Assembly (NCBI RefSeq): GCF_001194135.2
Contig: NC_068989.1
Location: 545,147 to 609,146 of the forward strand
Source: Octopus bimaculoides
Taxonomy: Eukaryota
Direction: 5' to 3'
DNA: 64,000 bases
Shown: positions 24,791 to 37,831 of the stretch, in pieces
How positions within the stretch are numbered: position 1 is the first letter of the stretch
How the letters are laid out: each line of letters begins with the position of its first letter
Translations under genes and position numbers: made by a program
Notes under the pieces: generated by a model
The model's database searches: none
The model's input: the letters and a program-made list of their open reading frames with translations, nothing else
Told to the model about the DNA's origin: nothing

Positions 24791-25427
24791 GTGCCACACT
24801 CATTTTTAATCCCCAAATAATTTTGTGCTTAAAATTCTGAATTTAAATTTCTCCAAGGTAATCTGTGATGTTCAACCTTTCCAAACCAATCAGTTAAGTT
24901 ACCTGAAGAGTAATTAGACTGGATTTATCATGTTTAGTGTGTAAGTCATCAGTAAGAATCTGATTAGTCAACTGTACGGCCACAGATGTTGTTAATTAAT
25001 ATTCACTGACAGAATCATTAGAATGCCAGGCCAAATATATAGCAGCATTCCATTTGTCTTCACATTCTGAGTTCAAATTTCAATGAGATCGATTTTGCCT
25101 TTCATTTGGGGTTGATTGGGAAGTACCAGTTGAATGCTGGGGTCTGGTGTAATCAACTTCCTTCACCACAACCTTTGGTTTAACCAAACCTTGAGAAAAA
25201 ATTTGAATGCATGGAAACTGTAGAAAAGTCTGTCAGATGGAGTGTAACTGTAGCTCAATGGTCATGTGTGTGGGGGTGCGTGTGGGACTTCTTGTATGCA
25301 TGTGTATGTGTGAGTGTGTTGTATGCTAAGATTACCAAACCAAACTTTGGAAATAATCCATGATGTTGTTAAAACTAATCCTGATCTCATCAAAACACCA
25401 AAATGTGACAAAGAATTCTAGAAAGGA

Positions 25428-25972
25428 TAGTGCAAGCATGACTGTGTGATAAGAAGTTCTCAACCAAATGGTTCTGGGTTCAGTCCCACTATGAGGCATC
25501 TTTGGCAAGAGTCTTCTACTACAACTGCAGGCCAACAAAAGCCTTCTAAGTGGATTTGGTAGGTGGAAACTGAAAGAAACCCATCAATTATCATCATCAT
25601 CATCATCGTTTAACATCCGCTTTCCATGCTGGCATGGGTTGGACGGTTTGAGCGAGGACTGGCAAGCCAGGAGGCTGCACCAGGTTCCAATATGATCTGG
25701 CAAGATTTCTACAGATGGAAACCCTTCCTGATGCCAACCACTCCAAGAGTGTAGTAGGTGCTTTTTACATGCCACCGGCACAAGGGCCAATCAGTTGGCA
25801 CTGACAATGACCATGCTCAAATGGTGCTTATTACATGCCACTGGCACGGGTGCCAGTCAGGCAGCACTGGCATCGGCCACGACAATGAGTTCACTTGACT
25901 CAGCAGGTCTTCTCAAGCACTGCATATTGCCCAATGATTAAACGGGCCGGTCTCACTTGGCTTGCCAGGTCT

Positions 25973-26014
<42 letters not shown>

Positions 26015-26225
26015 CCATGTGTGTGTTCCACCACTTGACAACTAGTATTGGTTTGTTTACACCCCATAACTTAGCAGTTCAGCATAAGGGTTCTGATGAA
26101 ATAAGTACCAGGCTTAAAAACAAAGCAAGAAAAATAAGTCCTGGGGTCGATTCATTTGACTAAAATTCTAAGAGATGGTGCCCCAGCATGGCCACAATTC
26201 AATGATTGAATCAAGTAAAAGATTC
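25428..26225 (+). mobile_element. SINE family A halves (25428-25585, 26016-26225) with an antisense family C copy (25590-25978) between them
   Basis: The head GGTTCAGTCCCACT...GGAAACTGAAAGAA and tail CCTGGGGTCGATT...CCCCAGCATGGCCAC flank a reverse family C SINE, giving a nested arrangement. Confidence 0.7.
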
Positions 26226-27403
26226 ATTCTGACAATTTTTATGGTTTCTTTGTTAATTTTTCAAAGCAGCTGTTAAATTATTTCTCTGAAAATCCCTTTG
26301 CTTCTGTCTGAAATGCTACACTCCAACAGGGAGACATGCACCCACCGAAAGAAATAAGGACTTGGATATTCTTTCTTTAGATTGATGAAAACAGCAAAGT
26401 GTAAAGATTTCCAACAATTGGAAAGGAAAACTAAGTAAAAAGGAAAAAAAAAAAGGTTTGGACAGTGCCTCTTGAGAGAAACAAATAGAAAATAAAAATT
26501 ATTAATAAGAAACCAAAGATTTGAAGTAAACAAGAAGAAAAAAACTAAGATGTTGGTATGTTGCTTGTCTAACGATACATTTGGATTATCAATTAATTTA
26601 CAAAGTGGAGCTGGGAGTAGTCAAAGAATTATTATTATGAAATCTTACTAATTGAAATGCTTATGTGTAACTCAAGAAATTTATTAATAGTTAAGATAAT
26701 TAGGTCACCCATATAATGGAAATCCAAACTGTACTAATAATGAAAACAAAGTAGGAAATTAATTGGTGATGAATGGTGTGAGGATGAACAATGATACTGT
26801 GTAAGGAGGAGGAATCTTACTAAAGGCAACACCAACAATTTTAGACTAATCTATATATGTATGTATGTATTTATTACTTATGTGCATGTGTGTGTGTATT
26901 TGTATATATGTGTATGTAATATATACACATGTATGTACAAGTATATATATATATATATATATACACATACATACACATGTATGTATGTATGTTTTATGTA
27001 TATGTATATTCTGTGTATCCTGTTGTTGCTGGGCATTTCTCACTTTCAGAATAGCACACCTACATAAAGTTAGATTTTTTCTCAGGGATTTTTCAATTTT
27101 TTTCTTCCACCAAATCTTTGAAAATGATGGAGGGAAGCTTTTTACCCCAAAAAAAAAATTTTAACTTATTTTCAAACAAAAAATGAAATTGATTTAAGCA
27201 GTAGTGAAATCTTTTTTAATTTTTTCATTAACCCTGGCCCTGCATAAATCCTAAAATTTTTGGCTTCTTTTTTCTAATTTTTAAAATTTTTTTATAGTTT
27301 TAAAATACAGACAATCCAAATCTGCAATTTGTTTTTGTTTATAATGTTCTTATGAAAAGGTGTGTGATTTAAGGGAGACTTAGTTGTTGTTTCCAGCACA
27401 TAC

Positions 27404-27518
27404 CATGACCACCAGGTACCTTCCTTGTTTCTTTGTCACTCTGACATGTATTGATATTTTTCAATATTTTTCTCCCCCATAAACACATTTTATAGAACAA
27501 TGGTGCAGTCATCCGCAG
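27404..27518 (-). CDS. Weak candidate internal exon
   Basis: CCCAG| acceptor and ATG|GTATGT donor. Only one frame is open: LRMTAPLFYKMCLWGRKILKNINTCQSDKETRKVPGGH. No homology recognised. Confidence 0.2.
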
Positions 27519-27744
27519 CTGGGATTTAAGCAGCAACAAAAATTTTGTAATTTAAATTTTTAACCACCACCTCACATCAAGCAAGTCCATGTGTGTGCAA
27601 AAAAAAAACCATATTTACAAAAAGTGTGGTAAATATAGAGAGAGAGAGAGATTGATAGTGACAAACAGTGAGGAAAGTTACCCATCTAAAAGTTGAGTCA
27701 TTTCTCATAACAAATCATAGTTTTTTATTATAATACTCATCCTG

Positions 27745-27969
27745 CATTCCATTTCGAGCGTGGCCGTTTTCGTGCGGGTGACATGTAAAAGCACCCACTA
27801 CACTCTCTGAGTGGTTGGCCTTAGGAAGGGCATCCAGCTGTAGAAACTCTGCCAAATTAGATTGGAGCCTGGTGTTGCCATCCGGTTTCACCAGTCCTCA
27901 GTCAAATCGTCCAACCCATGCTAGCATGGAAAGCGGACGTTAAACGATGATGATGATGATGATGATGAT
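27745..27969 (+). mobile_element. SINE family C, young copy (CpGs intact)
   Basis: ...AAATCGTCCAACCCATGCTAGCATGGAAAGCGGACGTTAAACGATGATG. Confidence 0.9.
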
Positions 27970-30211
27970 TTCCACCTGATATTTTCCTAATAACAAGGTC
28001 AGAAGGATGCACAATGTAATAGCACACCTTTGATGCAAGTTTGACGAAATACCTCTCTAATGTCTAAAACCACAAATATTACTTTGTTTTTCATTTAGAA
28101 TTTTCGCACAAACTGGCAAATGGAGATGGTACGGAAACATTTGTAACTGATAATTAAAGATGTGTTAAGGAATTTTCTTTGTCTTCTTCTTTTCATTGGA
28201 TATGTTTTTATTAATATTTAGCACAAGTAAGAGACTGACTCAAAGCGCAAGTGTTTCGTGCACTGGCATTTATCAAATGTCTGTTTAATACATCAGCACT
28301 GAGTGAAAAACAAACCCTTTTTACACTGTTGCTTCTCCAAAGAGCAATTTATATGTTACAGTGTATTTTCATCCAGTAATGTATGTCTAGTGTTAAATGC
28401 ACTGTATGTTCTCTAGCTTATGGCAGTATGGGGACAAAGATTACTTCCCAACACCAGAAACTATGCCAAAACAGCTCTCCAGCTTACCAGCCCTGGTCAA
28501 ACCGTCCAACCCATGCCAGCATGGACAGTGGACATTAAATGATGATGATGATGATACCATCATTATCATTATGATATATATATATATATATGTATATATA
28601 TCACCATATATGCCTTAAGACATAGGCCCAATAGGTAGCTTGCTGAGGGCCTTACAAGTTTATGGGCCTAATTCTAATCAATGCTGTGACTTGCTATTAA
28701 TAAATCTATAGTGTAGGGCCCAGTGATTTGCCCAGATGCCTATAATGCTGTAAATGGCCTTGATTGGGTATCAGAGATGATGGTGTTTGCACATAAAAAA
28801 GTTTATAGAAATCAAAATTCAGTGAAATATTTACAAATACAACTGTATACTTGTACTCCAAATGTAAAATGCACACACACACACACACACACACACATGC
28901 ATGCATGCACACACCCTCCCCCTAAAAAAACTGTCAATATAAGTAGACAACATGAGTAGAAAATGATGGACTAATTTGAAGCATGAACTGTAGAATAATT
29001 CAAAGTACTGCTTTGTTCTGTATACGAATGTATGAAAATTTCCCTCAAAGAAATCCTACCATTAAAAGATGTATTGTATAATGTTAAATGCATTTTGTGT
29101 GAGAATAATATGAGGTGGTCATAATTGGACTCTTTGATGAGAGGTCTATTCAGCAAGGATGAATGGACATGAAACACTACCTCCTCCTTAAATGTAGTTG
29201 CTTAACAGTCAAAAGATCTAATATGATATAATTTTCCAGGTTATTAACCTCCAGATAAATATTTTGTATTTCTATCAGCTTTACTGAACCTATTGAAATG
29301 TATTGCTTTTATTCAGGAATAAGACAGAAGTTGACTTGTGAGAATAATTGAAGGTAAAAGCCAAGAAGTGAGTAATTTTACATTGGCTGAAGTAGATTTA
29401 GGTGGAGAGATGACTTGTGGTTTGATAATTTAATGTAAACAGAAAAAACAAAAACAAAAAACAAAATGCTGAGTTGAAAAAAGTGTATTGTAGAGTTAGA
29501 GAGAAGCATCTCTGATGAACCTAAGAACATTTGTACCTCACAGAAAATCTGATGAAAAGCTGACATTTTTGTAAAGATCTGTGTGGAGAGATATGTTGTA
29601 AAGATCTGTCCAACTCATGCTAATATATGAAAGTAGCTGTCAGAGCTTTGAGGATGATGACGATGATGATGATTATAAAGTACCTAAATTTATGAAGTTT
29701 TACACCCACACAAAGTTGTTGTGTTGGAAATTTAATATCACTAGCAAGTGTTAACAATCTGACCAAATCTTGTTCTTACTCTCATCCTTCTGAATTTAGT
29801 TGTAATTAATATGACTATCACAAAAGCCTTTTATCTTTAGAGACTAAACCAGCTTTTTCATGAGTTCCATTTAGGTGACCAAATGTTGTAGAGAGGTTCT
29901 AGATTACCAGATCAATGTCAGCAGAGGTTTCTATCATTGCAATCATCAGTGTGGCTTGCATCATACCATCACTCTTCAAACACCACCAACAACAATTGCT
30001 GCCTTACCACCACTGCTACCACCACGTCCTTCATTGTTGTTGTCTGTAGAACAACTGAATTGCTACAACACCTACCAACACAAGCCATTAAATCAACCCT
30101 TAGCTGGTTCCTCAACATGCTAGAAATAGTTTACAACACTCCCTCAAATTATATACTATTGTTTTAAAAAAGGAAAACATGCATTAAATACTTACAATCC
30201 TATCAACCCCT

Positions 30212-30410
30212 GACTCGCCCTCGTGCCACTGGCACGTAAAAGCACCCACTACACTCTCAGAGTGGTTGGCGCTAGGAAGGGCATCCAGCTGTAGAAACTC
30301 TGCCAAATCAGATTGGAGCCTGGTGTTGCCTCCTGGTCCACCAGTCCTCAGTCAAATCGTCCAACCCATGCTAGCATGGAAAGCAGAGGTTAAACGATGA
30401 TGATGACGAT
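30212..30410 (+). mobile_element. SINE family C
   Basis: Near-identical to 27780-27969. Confidence 0.9.
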
Positions 30411-31637
30411 GTTTGCATTGCGTTTCAACAATTATAAATACAAAATTTCACAGTAGCCAAAGAGAAGAGAGTGCAAGTGCACAGGTACATCAGCTCTGTT
30501 TGAGATTAGAAACTGGATATCAATCTTAGAGAGACAACATGAAATAAGGAGCAGGGAAAACCTTAAAGGAACAAACTCCTCTGTCATTGCTATTAAATAA
30601 TACTGTTGACTGTGAGAATACAGATCGATTAATGTTTAAAGCATTTGCGTGCATTCAATAAAGTAACACTGATAACATATCCAAGGTCCTAAGATCATAA
30701 GATTCATCTCAGATTGAAGTTACACAATACAACAAGAGCAATGATCAACATTATAATATATGTTGCAGCTTATCAGTCTGTCTTGTTTCTTGTTGACAGT
30801 AAAGGAAGATAAGAACATTAAAGATTGTAAAGAGTCAACTGCTGGAAAGACTATTTTTATTTTGTGAACTTTAGGAAGATGGAAAATATTTGATTAACTC
30901 ATCTACAGACAGATCAGAAGTTATTCAGGTTTCATCAGTTGTGAATATCTTTAGCATAAAAAAAGGATTCATTTATGAGAACCATTGCTACTTATCTTTG
31001 TTGCAATATTCACCAAGCTGATTCTATGGAATTCTCTTGGATTAAAATCGTTCTGTCCAACTGCAGCATCACATTGTTGAGCTGTCATTGACTCACATTC
31101 TGTCAACTCTGAAATATGTGGAAACTTGGTTGTATCACCTCCACTTTTTATTTTACATTATTGATTCACTTGTTGCCACCTTCAACAATTCTACTCTTCT
31201 GCAACCAATACAATGCTTCGCTTCTCCCTAATCTGCCCACAAGCTTCATCCACAGACAGCTGAGACACTCTATGCTAAAGCTGCACAACTTCTAGAAACA
31301 CACATCAAAAACTCTCTTCGCATAGGTTATAACAATCATGTCTTCTTCAACTACACAACAGCATAATCACTCCACGTATGAAGCAAAACTCCACCACACA
31401 TTGTGATGGACAATACACAAATAAAATCTTCCAAGTCACAACTCAGCCTTGCCCTCCACCAACATTGTTAGTCCTCTGAAATTCTCTCCCAATTAAGTTT
31501 TTCCCCTGATTGTTGACTTGCAGATGTTGACAAATATTAGTCTTATCAAGCTCACCTGGCAGACCAAGGTGCCATGCTGTAGGAAGCAAATTTCTTACCA
31601 CACAGTTATACACACACACACACATATATATATATAT

Positions 31638-32300
31638 CTGGCAGACTATCCAAGAATGTAAGCTTCATGTATGGCAGATGCTGTGGAGTAGTTAGTTCTA
31701 GCAGACTGGAAACTGAGTCACTTAAATGTGCAGGCAGCTCATTAGAAGTAGTTGATAACTTTTGTTACTTGGGAGATGTAATTAGCAAAGAAGGTGGCTG
31801 CTCTGGAAGTAGAACGGCCAGAGAAAGAATGAGCTGGAAAAAGTTCAGAAAGTTACCATTGCTGCTGGCACCAAAAGTCTTTTCCTTCAGATTATACGAA
31901 GCCTTTGTTAGAACTGTGATACTGTAAGGTTGTGAGACTTGAACCTTGAATGCAGAGGACATGAGAAGACTGGAAAGAAATGAAGCTTGCAGGTTCTGTT
32001 GGATGTGCAATGTAAGTGTGACTGAACACCTAGAATAAATGTGCTGAGAGGATCACTAGGCATAAGAGGAACCAGATGCAGTGAGCAAGAGACTGTACTG
32101 GTACAGGCATGTGATGCATATGGACGAGGATAGCTGTATAAAGAAATGCTGATTGCCAAATGTGGCTGGGGAGTGTGGACAAAGAAAACCCAAGAAGACA
32201 TGCGACAAAGTGGTGAAGGTTGACCTCAGAACCATTCAGCCTCACAGAACAAATGACAAAGGACTGGGATATCTAGCAATGTGGGGTTCTTATGAAAACC
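31638..32300 (+). mobile_element. RTE LINE ORF2 C-terminal remnant
   Basis: LEVVDNFCYLGDVISKEGGCS...RERMSWKKFRKL, *GCET*TL, and GECGQRKPKKTCDKVV. Confidence 0.9.
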
Positions 32301-32447
32301 CAGCTGTCATGAAGATCAGGAAGCCAGTGGCACGTAAAAAGCACCCACTACACTCTCGGAGGGCATCAAGCTGTAGAAAAACGATGATGATGATGGTGAT
32401 ATATATATGCATGCATATGGGCATGTGTGTATATGTGTGTGTATGTA

Positions 32448-32525
<78 letters not shown>

Positions 32526-32569
32526 TATATGTGAATGTGAGTGTATGTGGTTATTTATGTGTATTTAAC

Positions 32570-32732
32570 CTCCAAAGGCTCTGAAATGGTGCATCTTCAA
32601 GAAAAATGAATTTCATTTTCAAAATCTGCATCCCAAAGAGAAGATTGTCCAAGAATAAACTGGCATTGTAGAGTTCTTCCAAATACGTAATTTTCACATT
32701 CGGTACAAGTCTTGCATTCAAAGAACAGTTCC
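32570..32732 (-). CDS. Candidate internal exon (possible exon 2 of the 38.7 kb gene)
   Basis: Acceptor TTTTCTCTTCAG|GG at 32733. The phase-1 reading is open and in frame with the signal exon: (G)NCSLNARLVPNVKITYLEELYNASLFLDNLLFGMQILKMKFIFLEDAPFQSLW. The donor (GAG|GTTAAA) is weak and no family was recognised. Confidence 0.3.
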
Positions 32733-33019
32733 CTGAAGAGAAAATTACATGTATAATAACATTTTTTATTCCTTTGGAATAGAGTGCATGTAACTTTTGA
32801 AACATGTCAGAATTAAAGGAACTTATTTATTAGATGCATTTTACTCCATTTATTCTTTATTATATCAACTCAAAATACATCACTTTAACATGGAATTTCT
32901 ACCTCTCAACCAGGTATAATATCCCAGCTTCTTTGTGAATTTTGCTACCCTAGTAACGATTAACATATTTACCTTATCGAAGTTTTTCAACTAAGATAAT
33001 ATAAATACATACATAAATA

Positions 33020-33089
<70 letters not shown>

Positions 33090-33121
33090 CACACACACAC
33101 ACATACATACAGACATGTACG

Positions 33122-33475
33122 GATGGGTCTTCTTGAGTACAGCAATGAACCAGATAAATGGCTAAGGAGCGAGATATGTGGCACATTGCTGGCCTCAGGA
33201 ATTCCTGACCACCACAGCAGAATTGATACCAGTGCTGGTGCTATGTGAAAAGCACTCATGCTGGGCCCACATTGATAGTACTAGCGCTGGTGCCACATAA
33301 AAAGCACCCTGTACACTCTGTGGAGGGGTTGACATTAGAAAGGACATCCAGGTATGGAAATCATGTCAGAACAGACAATGGAGCTTTATGCAGTCTCTGG
33401 CCTTACCATCTGCGGTCAGACCTTCCACCCCATACCCACATGGAAAATGGACGATAAATGATGATGATGATGATG
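33122..33475 (+). mobile_element. SINE family C (second copy at ~34660-34876)
   Basis: AAAAGCACCC...GGACATCCAG...CATGGAAAATGGACGATAAATGATGATG. Confidence 0.75.
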
Positions 33476-36337
33476 TATACATATACATACATGCATGTCT
33501 ATGTGTGTGTGTGTGTGTGTAGAGTGAGGTCACAAAAGTATGATGAAAGAACTCTGGCCGAAATACNNNNNNNNNNNNNNNNNNNNNNNNNNNNNNNNNN
33601 NNNNNNNNNNNNNNNNNNNNNNNNNNNNNNNNNNNNNNNNNNNNNNNNNNNNNNNNNNNNNNNNNNNNNNNNNNNNNNNNNNNNNNNNNNNNNNNNNNNN
33701 NNNNNNNNNNNNNNNNNNNNNNNNNNNNNNNNNNNNNNNNNNNNNNNNNNNNNNNNNNNNNNNNNNNNNNNNNNNNNNNNNNNNNNNNNNNNNNNNNNNN
33801 NNNNNNNNNNNNNNNNNNNNNNNNNNNNNNNNNNNNNNNNNNNNNNNNNNNNNNNNNNNNNNNNNNNNNNNNNNNNNNNNNNNNNNNNNNNNNNNNNNNN
33901 NNNNNNNNNNNNNNNNNNNNNNNNNNNNNNNNNNNNNNNNNNNNNNNNNNNNNNNNNNNNNNNNNNNNNNNNNNNNNNNNNNNNNNNNNNNNNNNNNNNN
34001 NNNNNNNNNNNNNNNNNNNNNNNNNNNNNNNNNNNNNNNNNNNNNNNNNNNNNNNNNNNNNNNNNNNNNNNNNNNNNNNNNNNNNNNNNNNNNNNNNNNN
34101 NNNNNNNNNNNNNNNNNNNNNNNNNNNNNNNNNNNNNNNNNNNNNNNNNNNNNNNNNNNNNNNNNNNNNNNNNNNNNNNNNNNNNNNNNNNNNNNNNNNN
34201 NNNNNNNNNNNNNNNNNNNNNNNNNNNNNNNNNNNNNNNNNNNNNNNNNNNNNNNNNNNNNNNNNNNNNNNNNNNNNNNNNNNNNNNNNNNNNNNNNNNN
34301 NNNNNNNNNNNNNNNNNNNNNNNNNNNNNNNNNNNNNNNNNNNNNNNNNNNNNNNNNNNNNNNNNNNNNNNNNNNNNNNNNNNNNNNNNNNNNNNNNNNN
34401 NNNNNNNNNNNNNNNNNNNNNNNNNNNNNNNNNNNNNNNNNNNNNNNNNNNNNNNNNNNNNNNNNNNNNNNNNNNNNNNNNNNNNNNNNATATATATATA
34501 TATATATAATAGATAGATAGATAGATATATACGCACACACACACACATGTATGGTGGAAGTCAGCTGATGCTTGAATAAGACAACTTCTTAAACTCAGGA
34601 AGTGCAAACCAACCTTCCAAGGATTTCTAGCCTAAAGCCGACCCCCCACCTTCCTCTGGGTTTGTTGTCCTGCCAGCTGCATGGCGATCTTAACTGTGCT
34701 GGTGTCATGTGTAAAGCACCCAGCTCACTTTGTAAAGTGGTTGGCATTAATTAGTAAGGGCATCCAGCCATAGAAACCATGCCAAAACAGACTACTGAAG
34801 TATGATAATCCTTGGACACATCGGCTCCTCTCAAATTCGAAGCAATGTATTCTAATATGGAACATGGACGTTAAATGGGGTCGATACACACACACACATA
34901 TATATACATCTCTCTCTCTCTCTCTCTCTCTCGATATATATGTGTGCGTGTGTGTGTGTGTGTGCGCGCGTGTGTGAGTGTGTGTGTGTGTGTTTTACCC
35001 CCTTTCTACTTTAACAAAGTCACGGAAAAGTACGTGTGTGTGTAACCCATGCCATCATGGAGTACAGACGTTATATGATGTGTATGCGTGTGTGTGTATT
35101 AATATCCTTTCTCCTTTAACAAAGTCACAGAAAAGATAAACACATATACGTATGTGTATATTACGTGTGTGTGTGTGTGTGTGTGTGTGTGTAAGGTGTA
35201 GAGCGAGAAGTATAAAGTGCTTCTTCTACTTCCAAGAACACGTTTCGAAAATTTCCCAGTAGACTTATGCAATGTTAATTGATATCTATATTATATGAAT
35301 AATATTAATGAAATCCTTTTCAGAAAATTTATACAAAGAATAATGAAATATATATTCTTCGTTGTTGCTCGAATATAAATTTTGAAACATTAAAAATTAT
35401 CAAATATATTTGCTACACAACAAAGTGGAATGAAAACGCTAATCGATTCTTTGGGACATGTTTTTAAATCTGAGCACATGTTAATAATTTAGCTTCACCG
35501 ATTCCAGCATCAGTTTTCCGTCACAACTCCAGGGAAGTTGATACGAAACTTTTTACATGTTCATTAATTTTATGATAAAAGCATTTCTTTCCAATTCTCA
35601 ATTTTATTCACTTTTTCTTTTCTTTTTTCTTTTAAGAAATAGACAAAAAATAGTTAGAATTCGTGTTATAATATTCCAAGCGTGGCTAATAAATAGAAGA
35701 AAGAAGTTGGCCGTTTCTGCTTTCGGAACGGAACTCATTACAACAGACTGAAACGGAAGCTAAAAAAAAACTCTGAACAAGAAACACAGAACGAAAATGG
35801 TCCTAGAAACAGTAGAAGAAATAGAAAGAAAGAATTAAAAACACACGGAAAATGGGATCTGTTTTGTTTTTTCGAAATAAAGAATGACAAACGAAAATCT
35901 AAATTGAACGAACTTTCGTAAAACTTCTCTCTCGACCACTTATATGGGTCTAAGTTGATAAAATAATTATTAATGTTACTTTGCTTCTTCCGTTATTTAT
36001 TCTGGTTAATTTCGTGTAAAATATTTTCCATTATAACGTACAAGTTAGTATCTATTTCATTAAGATTAAATAGACTGTAATTTCATGAAGCTACTACCAG
36101 CCACTTCAACAGAAATGCTATATCCATCATATTACGAAGCCAACAACTGCATCTTCTAACAATGAAAATCTATAGAAACTGCTAGCGAAAGCTTTTGCTC
36201 GCAAACAACCGAGTTTGAAAACTTTTTATTTGTAATCAACGAACCATGAAGACACACACGCACATGCATATGTGCGTGTGCATACAGATAGAAAGACAAA
36301 CACAGAGAGGTATATGTACATATATACGCATGTACAT

Positions 36338-36380
<43 letters not shown>

Positions 36381-36724
36381 AAAGGACGTACAAACGTTAT
36401 TTACTCCAAGACATTCAAATTCCTGCACAGATACATTTATATACATACGTATATAAATGCATATATTTATATATATGTTTTATTGTCTGGGGAGTCATTC
36501 TGTTTTAATGCCTTATTAATTAACACACTCACCGATTCGATTTCCACTCATTTATTAATTTTTTTCTAAAATTTTCGTGGTCCAGATGGTGACTATGTAA
36601 ACGGAACCTTTCCCCCCTTAATTGTTTTTTCTTTTTACTCGTTTTACTTGTATAATATATATAATTTCGCAAGTGCATAATGATACTAATAACCTGGTGT
36701 TAGAACTCAATAATATTCTCTTAT

Positions 36725-37041
36725 GTTTCAGAATATCATCGAGTACAGAGCAAAATGGGAAAATAAAAATTTGACAAAGGAACAGGAAATTATGCAATGA
36801 ACTTCGTAAGCTTGTATCTCTATTTGCTATGAGATTCAATAGACTCAGAACTGAGTGTTTGTGCATCAGAAGCTCTGACGAAGCCATAAGGTGATGTACA
36901 AGCACACGGCTCTGAATCCATGGCATCTTATAGCAGAAACAGGTGTAAGCTAAGGAAATTCACTGCGTAACTTCCTGTTCCCTTGTCATTTATTTCGTTT
37001 CACATTAAGCTCTTTACTCGACAAATGCTTCATCCTGAAGC
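36725..37041. repeat. ~320-bp imperfect palindrome (Penelope pLTR-like inverted arrangement)
   Basis: 36725-36868 is a diverged reverse complement of 36891-37041, e.g. TGACAAAGGAACAGGAAATTATGCAATGAAC vs rc TGACAAGGGAACAGGAAGTTACGCAGTGAAT. Confidence 0.8.
36871..36951 (+). ncRNA. Type I hammerhead ribozyme motif
   Basis: Stem I AGCT (36871-74)/AGCT (36948-51); core CTGACGA (36875-81); 11-bp stem II GCCATAAGGTG (36883-93)/CATCTTATAGC (36924-34) with one mismatch and one G-U; GAAAC (36936-40); AGGT loop; GUA triplet with predicted cut after 36947. Confidence 0.65.
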
Positions 37042-37148
37042 TTTATATATATACATACACACACATGTGCACATACATACATTCATTTATGTGCATATAT
37101 ATATATAAGTATATGTGTATGTATGTATATAATATATATTTATATATA

Positions 37149-37217
<69 letters not shown>

Positions 37218-37764
37218 ATGATATATATTTATATATATACATATGTGTGTGTGTATATATATATGTATGTATATGATATATATTTATATATATACGTATA
37301 TATATATATGTGTATATATATAGTTTTAGGGAAAAGAACCAAGTTTCAAGAACTCATCGATGAAAATCCACTATCACATATAGAAAATTAATAATTAAAA
37401 GCACAATAAATGAGTAGAATATAAAACAAAGTAAATATCATAAGATAAAGATANNNNNNNNNNNNNNNNNNNNNNNNNNNNNNNNNNNNNNNNNNNNNNN
37501 NNNNNNNNNNNNNNNNNNNNNNNNNNNNNNNNNNNNNNNNNNNNNNNNNNNNNNNNNNNNNNNNNNNNNNNNNNNNNNNNNNNNNNNNNNNNNNNNNNNN
37601 NNNNNNNNNNNNNNNNNNNNNNNNNNNNNNNNNNNNNNNNNNNNNNNNNNNNNNNNNNNNNNNNNNNNNNNNNNNNNNNNNNNNNNNNNNNNNNNNNNNN
37701 NNNNNNNNNNNNNNNNNNNNNNNNNNNNNNNNNNNNNNNNNNNNNNNNNNNNNNNNNNNNNNNN

Positions 37765-37831
<67 letters not shown>

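Noticed and set aside
33366-34607. Long ORFs spanning N-runs (also 16526-17287, 18176-19085, 37388-37910)
   Set aside because: Length comes from X codons in assembly gaps.
35620-35751. Minus-strand small ORF MSSVPKAETANFFLLF...KRKKKRKSE* near strong acceptors
   Set aside because: It runs into low-complexity A/T tracts, has no donor, and the phase-1 joins to the signal exon stop within ~25 codons.
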